Positions 55,146 through 59,923 of a stretch of 59,923 bases of DNA are shown here, piece by piece; position 1 is the first letter of the stretch, and every line of letters starts with the position of its first letter. The position numbers were made by a program, and so were the translations under genes. Below the pieces are notes generated by a model, which did no database searches, had not been told where the DNA came from, and saw only the letters and a list, made by a program, of their open reading frames with translations. The DNA is from a virus (taxonomy: Duplodnaviria; Caudoviricetes): positions 1 through 59,923 of IMG/VR virus record IMGVR_UViG_3300036793_000083, one strand, 5' to 3'.

Positions 55146-56762
55146 TCACAGTGCCCGGTAGCCGTCTCCGGTGCGGGCCACCGTGGTCATCCTGCCCAGC
55201 GTGTTCGTGATGATCTGCCGGTCGGTGACCCTCCAGCCATGCTTCTGCATGGCCTCATCGATCTCGGCGCGGCCCAGTGACTGCCCGGGGCGCTCGCGCA
55301 GCACGACCTCGATCCGCTCGGCCCACGTCGTCCGGTCGCGCCGGTCGGCCAGGCTGGTCACGGACGCGACCTCGCTCGGTGCGGCCGTCGACTTCAGGTG
55401 CTCGGCGTCGGCCTCGGCGACTAGCGCCATTAGCGTCTCGTCGTCGGCGAACTCCTCTGGAATGGCTATTCCGAACTCCCGGCGGCCCTGCGCGAGTTTC
55501 GCCGCCAGGTCGCGGTCGCATTGCGGGATTCCGTCGTCGCGCCGTTCATCGTCGTCTTCCTGCTCGGCCGAGGCGACCAGTGCGGCCGGTTGCTCAGCGG
55601 TTCCGCGCACTGATACCGACTGTCGCTCACCGGTGAGGTACGCCATAAACTCATCGTCTACCAGTCGCCGCCGGTTCGCGTAGATCGGCCCTGCCGCCCG
55701 TGCGGAGCGTTCGTCCAACTGCGGCGGTCCGGCGGGCGTCCATAGTTGCTGCCTCATGCGCGACACGTCGGACACGCGCAGGCCGGAATGCAGGACCGGC
55801 TTAGTCCGGTCATCGGTCTGGATATAGGGCGCCTTCAGTCGAATAGGCGGTGCGCCGATCTTGTCATTGATCCAGAACACCCCGGGCGCCTCGGGGATGA
55901 TGAGCTTCCAGTTGCCGAACATCCGGCCGTAGGCGTCTCTGTCGTTCACCATGAAGCCGCCGGTGTACTTCAGTTGCGCCTGCAGAATGTTGCCCTTGTC
56001 GCCGAAGCCCACGTTGATATCGGTCTGCGTGGCGAACATGTCGAACGCGTCGGCCGAGGTGCCGCCGCGCGTATGGTCGGCCGCCATCGTGTCGGTGAAC
56101 ATGGTGCGACCCTCGAACTTGACATGCGCCGAGTGGTCCTCCAAAAGAAACGACGTCTCGTCAAGAATCAGGATGATGGTCGGCCACGGGCCGCGGTCGC
56201 CGGGCGGCAATGCCTGCCGATAACGGCTGACCCGCATCATCGCCGTCATCATGTCCAGCGTGTCCGCGGTACCGTTCGCAATCCAGTCGATCGGGCACGG
56301 AATGCCTGCGTCGTAGTACGGCCCGGCCCACGAGTGCACCAGATCCGACAGTTTCTGATTCCCGCCGACCCAGACGACAGCGTTCGTGTCCGGACGGGAC
56401 GGGTCGCAGCACCGGGTGATATAGGCGATCGCACACTGCACCTCGGACGACTTGCCCGACGTGGACATGCCGATCCACTGGCCGTGCTGAGTGAGCAGTA
56501 TCCCCGGGTGGAGCTTGCCGTTCATCCGGCGGCCGAACGGCTGCATCGGTTCCTTGATCGAGGCGTACCCGGGCGGGTCCTTGTACTCGTACACCCAGCC
56601 TGCGACGTCCCGTTCATTGACGGTGATACGGAAGTCGCCCGCGCCGCGCTGCTCGGTGATCTCCACCCAGTCCGACATGATGCGGACGCCCAGCACCTCG
56701 GAGAGCGACCTAGCTAGCTGCTCGGCCTCATCCGGTCCGAGGACCGTGACCACGGGCGCCAT
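55146..56762 (-). CDS. FtsK/SpoIIIE-family (TraB-like) DNA translocase: ATPase plus C-terminal wHTH
   Basis: H..WIGMSTSGKS Walker A, ILILDE Walker B, FATQ, PGVFW; wHTH-like C-terminal tail. Confidence 0.75.
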   Translation of the reverse strand: MAPVVTVLGPDEAEQLARSLSEVLGVRIMSDWVEITEQRGAGDFRITVNERDVAGWVYEYKDPPGYASIKEPMQPFGRRMNGKLHPGILLTQHGQWIGMSTSGKSSEVQCAIAYITRCCDPSRPDTNAVVWVGGNQKLSDLVHSWAGPYYDAGIPCPIDWIANGTADTLDMMTAMMRVSRYRQALPPGDRGPWPTIILILDETSFLLEDHSAHVKFEGRTMFTDTMAADHTRGGTSADAFDMFATQTDINVGFGDKGNILQAQLKYTGGFMVNDRDAYGRMFGNWKLIIPEAPGVFWINDKIGAPPIRLKAPYIQTDDRTKPVLHSGLRVSDVSRMRQQLWTPAGPPQLDERSARAAGPIYANRRRLVDDEFMAYLTGERQSVSVRGTAEQPAALVASAEQEDDDERRDDGIPQCDRDLAAKLAQGRREFGIAIPEEFADDETLMALVAEADAEHLKSTAAPSEVASVTSLADRRDRTTWAERIEVVLRERPGQSLGRAEIDEAMQKHGWRVTDRQIITNTLGRMTTVARTGDGYRAL

Positions 56763-57364
56763 TACGCCTGTCCTCTCTGTGCTGCCTTACTCGGGATGTG
56801 CACCAGGAAGTCGACGCCGAACACGTCGCCCGTCTCCTCATCGACGTTTGGCTCCCATCCGTCGATGACCACCGATCCGAGGTCCGCCCGGCGCAGCGCC
56901 TCGCGCATGTACAGCGACGTGTCGTCCACTGGCTCGGCCGCCTTGACCTCGACGGGTGCCGGATCGGGCTTCGGCGGCAACTTCGCCAGCGCGTCATGCG
57001 TCACGGCGTACGCCCACTCGGCACCGGACAGGCCCAGCAGGACCAGCGGCATCACCGGCCACCACTCGGGCCGTAGCTGCCAAGTCATCGCCCACGCGAC
57101 GTGCGCGCCGATCGCCACCCGGATCAGCGTCGCAATGTGCCGGCGCCGACCCTCGGGCAGGCCGTAGAACGGGCGGGTCCGGTGCACCAGCTGGCCGGTG
57201 GCCGTCATCGCGAGCAGGCCGAGCAGTAGGATCGTCACGATCACACCCGCCAGCGGGACCAGCCCGGCATGCGGCCAGAACACGATGACCGGCGCCGCGC
57301 CGATGCCGAGGGTGGCGATGGCACCGACTGCCGGCCAGAACTCGCGCCACGTCACGCCGTCCAT
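56762..57364 (-). CDS. 4-TM membrane protein, probable membrane half of the translocase
   Basis: TM helices; TAATG coupling to the ATPase. Confidence 0.65.
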   Translation of the reverse strand: MDGVTWREFWPAVGAIATLGIGAAPVIVFWPHAGLVPLAGVIVTILLLGLLAMTATGQLVHRTRPFYGLPEGRRRHIATLIRVAIGAHVAWAMTWQLRPEWWPVMPLVLLGLSGAEWAYAVTHDALAKLPPKPDPAPVEVKAAEPVDDTSLYMREALRRADLGSVVIDGWEPNVDEETGDVFGVDFLVHIPSKAAQRGQA

Positions 57365-57375
57365 ATCTGCCTCCC

Positions 57376-57675
57376 TCAGCCTGCGGATCGTTCGCGGTGG
57401 CTGGCAGCGAGACCACTGCGGTGCACTGCGACGAGATCCATGCCGCGCGCCTGGATGAACAGCCCCTGCGCCTGAGCTCTCAGCCAGTCCGCGTCCCGCT
57501 GCCGGTCATCACCGCACTCGGCCGCCTGCGCCATCAGCGCCTGGGCCTCGCTGCGGGCGCCGTTCGCCTTGCCTTCCCACCATGCCGATGAGGCAGCGGC
57601 GGCGTCCGCGATATCACCGTGCATGGCCCGCTCACTGGCGGGCGTTGCGGATCTGTCGACTGCCACCGCTGCCAT
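57376..57675 (-). CDS. 99-aa Ala-rich helical protein with WEG motif
   Basis: Paralogous to the C-terminal 91 aa of the upstream ORF. Confidence 0.65.
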   Translation of the reverse strand: MAAVAVDRSATPASERAMHGDIADAAAASSAWWEGKANGARSEAQALMAQAAECGDDRQRDADWLRAQAQGLFIQARGMDLVAVHRSGLAASHRERSAG

Positions 57676-57678
57676 CGG

Positions 57679-59436
57679 TCAGCCCGCCGACTTCTCGCGG
57701 TGGTGACCCGCGATCCGGCCACGGTTCGCCGCCACGGTCGACTGGTTGGCGGCCTCGGTCAGCGCCCGCTCACCACCGGCGGCCAGATTGGGGTCGCCGG
57801 ATCCGCTGTACTTCTCACCGGTCGCCCGGTTGGACGTAGCCTTGCCGTCCCAGTAGGCGGCCGACGCGCTGGCGGCGTTCGCGATATCACTGTGCATCTG
57901 CCGCTCCGTGCCCGCACTGGCCGACGTGTCGACCGGCGTTGATCCCTCAGCCATGCCCTTCACTCCCTTCACTGCGGGCGCCGGTGCTGGTGCCCGTTCC
58001 GTACTTCCACCGCCACGGATGGCGGCGGCTAATCCACCGTCGTCGCCGGACGACAAGTAGCGATGCGTCGGCGGCGTGACGGTGACCGTCTTCGCCGGAC
58101 CCTCGGCGCGGATCGGCGTCGGCGGTCCGGTCGGACGCGGAGGTTCGACCGTGGCGGCCTTGCGGATCTCGTTCGCCAAGTTGCGCTCGGCCCGCGGGAC
58201 CTTCGGCTTCGCTTCGGGCGCGGCGGCTGGCGGCTTCACCCCTGCTGCCACCGGCGCCAGCGGACCCGGGTCGGGCGGTGGCGCCTTGCGTGCCTCGCGC
58301 CACTTGGCCAGTCGCGCCCGGGTGGCCGCTGCCTTGCCGGTCGGTGCGTCGGCCTTCGGCGCTGGCTTGCCGCCCGCCGGTTTGCTGTCGGTCGGCGTCG
58401 GCCCGTTCGGCGCGGGCACCACGGCGGGCTTGCTGCCGTTGCCCTCACCCGGCCGGTTCGGTCCGAGCCACCACTGACGACGGGTCTGCGGGTCGACCGG
58501 CTTACCGCCAGTCGCGTGCGGCTTGCCGGGCTTCGTGCCATTGCCGCCACCGGATCCGCCGTTGCCGTTGGGCCGCCCACCGTTACCGCCGTTGCGACCG
58601 CCACCGCCACCCGAGTTCGAGCGGCCACCACCTCGGCCACCGTTCGATCCGGGCGCGGGCGTCGGCTTGGGCCCGGCGGGACTGCCACCGTTGCGCCGCT
58701 CCTGACGACGCTGGCGACGACTGGCGGGCTTCGCGGGTGCCGGTGCAGGTGCGGGCCGTCCACTCGGCGCGGGCCGTGCTCCAGGCGCGGCAGGACGTCC
58801 TGCGGGTGCCTGCTCGGCGCGGCGACGACGCTCTGCCGCCTCGCGTCGTCCACGCGGTGTCATCTGCTCGCGGGCACGGTCACGCATCCCGCGCGGTTCC
58901 TGTCCGGCCGGGCGCGCACCTCGCGGAGCGGCGCCACCGGGCGAACGGGGAGCGGCGCCGCGTGGATGCGACGACGGTGCGCGGCCAGCCGGTGCGGGCG
59001 CGTGGGGTGCGCCGCCGCCCATCGGATGACGCCAACTGCGCGGCTGGCGGGGCTGGCGAGGTTGCGCGTCACGCCGGGCCTGACGTCGTGAGGTCGGGCG
59101 GGTCGTCGTCGTCACCGAGCCGTCAGGGTTGACCTTCTGCACTGTCGCCAATGCTCGGCGGCCGACGTGCCGCGCGATCGCTGCGAACAGCATCAGCGCC
59201 GCTGCCGCGATCAGCACGATGATGGCCAGCACTGGCGACACCGCGAACAGGGCCACTCCGATACCGGCCAGCGCGACCAGGGCGACGATGCCGAGGGCGC
59301 TGCCGGGCGCGCTGCCCGTTGACTTCAGGGCGGCAACCTTGTCCGCCTGCGTGGCGGGCGACGGTGCGGCGGGCTCGGACTTCGGCGGTGCCGGTGCGCT
59401 GGCGAACATGGCCGGCGGCGTCTTCGTCTCGCTCAT
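57679..59436 (-). CDS. Membrane-anchored Pro/Gly/Arg-rich protein with C-terminal WDG helical domain
   Basis: 2 TM near the N-terminus, long low-complexity linker, possible internal start at 57954. Confidence 0.65.
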   Translation of the reverse strand: MSETKTPPAMFASAPAPPKSEPAAPSPATQADKVAALKSTGSAPGSALGIVALVALAGIGVALFAVSPVLAIIVLIAAAALMLFAAIARHVGRRALATVQKVNPDGSVTTTTRPTSRRQARRDAQPRQPRQPRSWRHPMGGGAPHAPAPAGRAPSSHPRGAAPRSPGGAAPRGARPAGQEPRGMRDRAREQMTPRGRREAAERRRRAEQAPAGRPAAPGARPAPSGRPAPAPAPAKPASRRQRRQERRNGGSPAGPKPTPAPGSNGGRGGGRSNSGGGGGRNGGNGGRPNGNGGSGGGNGTKPGKPHATGGKPVDPQTRRQWWLGPNRPGEGNGSKPAVVPAPNGPTPTDSKPAGGKPAPKADAPTGKAAATRARLAKWREARKAPPPDPGPLAPVAAGVKPPAAAPEAKPKVPRAERNLANEIRKAATVEPPRPTGPPTPIRAEGPAKTVTVTPPTHRYLSSGDDGGLAAAIRGGGSTERAPAPAPAVKGVKGMAEGSTPVDTSASAGTERQMHSDIANAASASAAYWDGKATSNRATGEKYSGSGDPNLAAGGERALTEAANQSTVAANRGRIAGHHREKSAG

Positions 59437-59923
59437 ACGATCACCTCGGGTGCGGTCAGCAGGTAGTGGAGGGCGACGGCTGCCTGTTGCGGCACCACGC
59501 CATTACCCAGCAGTTTCAGTGCCTCATTGCGGGAGACGCCCGGCACGGCGGTCACGTAGCCGTAATCCAGGCCCATCAGCCACTCCACGAAACGCGGGCT
59601 GAGCTGTGCGCCGCCTCGCTGGCCAGGCTGCGTCGGCAGGGGTGCGCGACGGCCTAGGACGTGCTCCCATCGCTGGATGGCGGGGGCGTAGTCACCCCAG
59701 TCGATGACTCGCTCCGCGGCAGGCGTGCTAGCGCGTTCTCCACCCTCGGCATCGGCAGGAGCGGCAGGCCCGCCACCGCAGAGGGCAGCATCAGGTCCCC
59801 CGAGCTGCCGTGCATATTCGGCCCGCCGTTCGTGCCATCCGTCGCGCGGGGCGTCGGTAAGAGGTTGATCGTGGCCCGGAGATCCGGACCACCGTCCCCG
59901 TGCGTGCCCGGCCCGAAGCGGTC
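59433..59923 (-). CDS. C5 methyltransferase 3' part (second allele of the variable region)
   Basis: DWGDYAPAIQRWE...FVEWLMGL...LKLLGNGVVPQQA (motifs IX/X); ATGA overlap with the next gene. Confidence 0.85.
   Translation of the reverse strand, partial: PLRAGHARGRWSGSPGHDQPLTDAPRDGWHERRAEYARQLGGPDAALCGGGPAAPADAEGGERASTPAAERVIDWGDYAPAIQRWEHVLGRRAPLPTQPGQRGGAQLSPRFVEWLMGLDYGYVTAVPGVSRNEALKLLGNGVVPQQAAVALHYLLTAPEVIV

Noticed and set aside
55146-57954. Complete type VII secretion system
   Set aside because: Only one ATPase domain with a DNA-binding-type tail; no EccB, EccD or MycP.

Overview
Apparently complete, circularly permuted genome of a GC-rich tailed (siphovirus-type) actinobacteriophage, about 59.57 kb because the window ends overlap. 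SsgA-like, WhiB and TraB/Spd-like genes suggest a filamentous actinomycete host. The plus strand (about 19.5-50.0 kb) holds TerS, an intein-containing TerL, portal/MuF, a 2H-phosphoesterase-fused head protease, capsid, tail, lysis and fibre genes. The minus strand holds replication and recombination genes (initiator with internal iterons, DnaC-like loader, beta clamp, DnaB, YqaJ exonuclease, ERF, DnaQ-like, SSB, RusA) and many small early genes. I found no integrase, cI-type repressor, ParAB, tRNA or CRISPR. Three things stand out. (1) A putative RNA regulon: six early-gene leaders share a co-varying cGACGg hairpin followed by GACAUGG(G)AG, and a predicted ~95-nt multi-branched RNA at 7603-7696 displays the antisense of that motif in its apical loop. 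(2) A Streptomyces-plasmid-type transfer operon running across the circular junction: HTH regulator, SpdB-like gene, paired WxG small proteins, split TraB/FtsK translocase and clt-like repeat arrays. (3) A dual-frame modular C5 methyltransferase, present as two alleles at the window ends. All functional calls come from motif recognition by eye; no database searches or folding programs were run.
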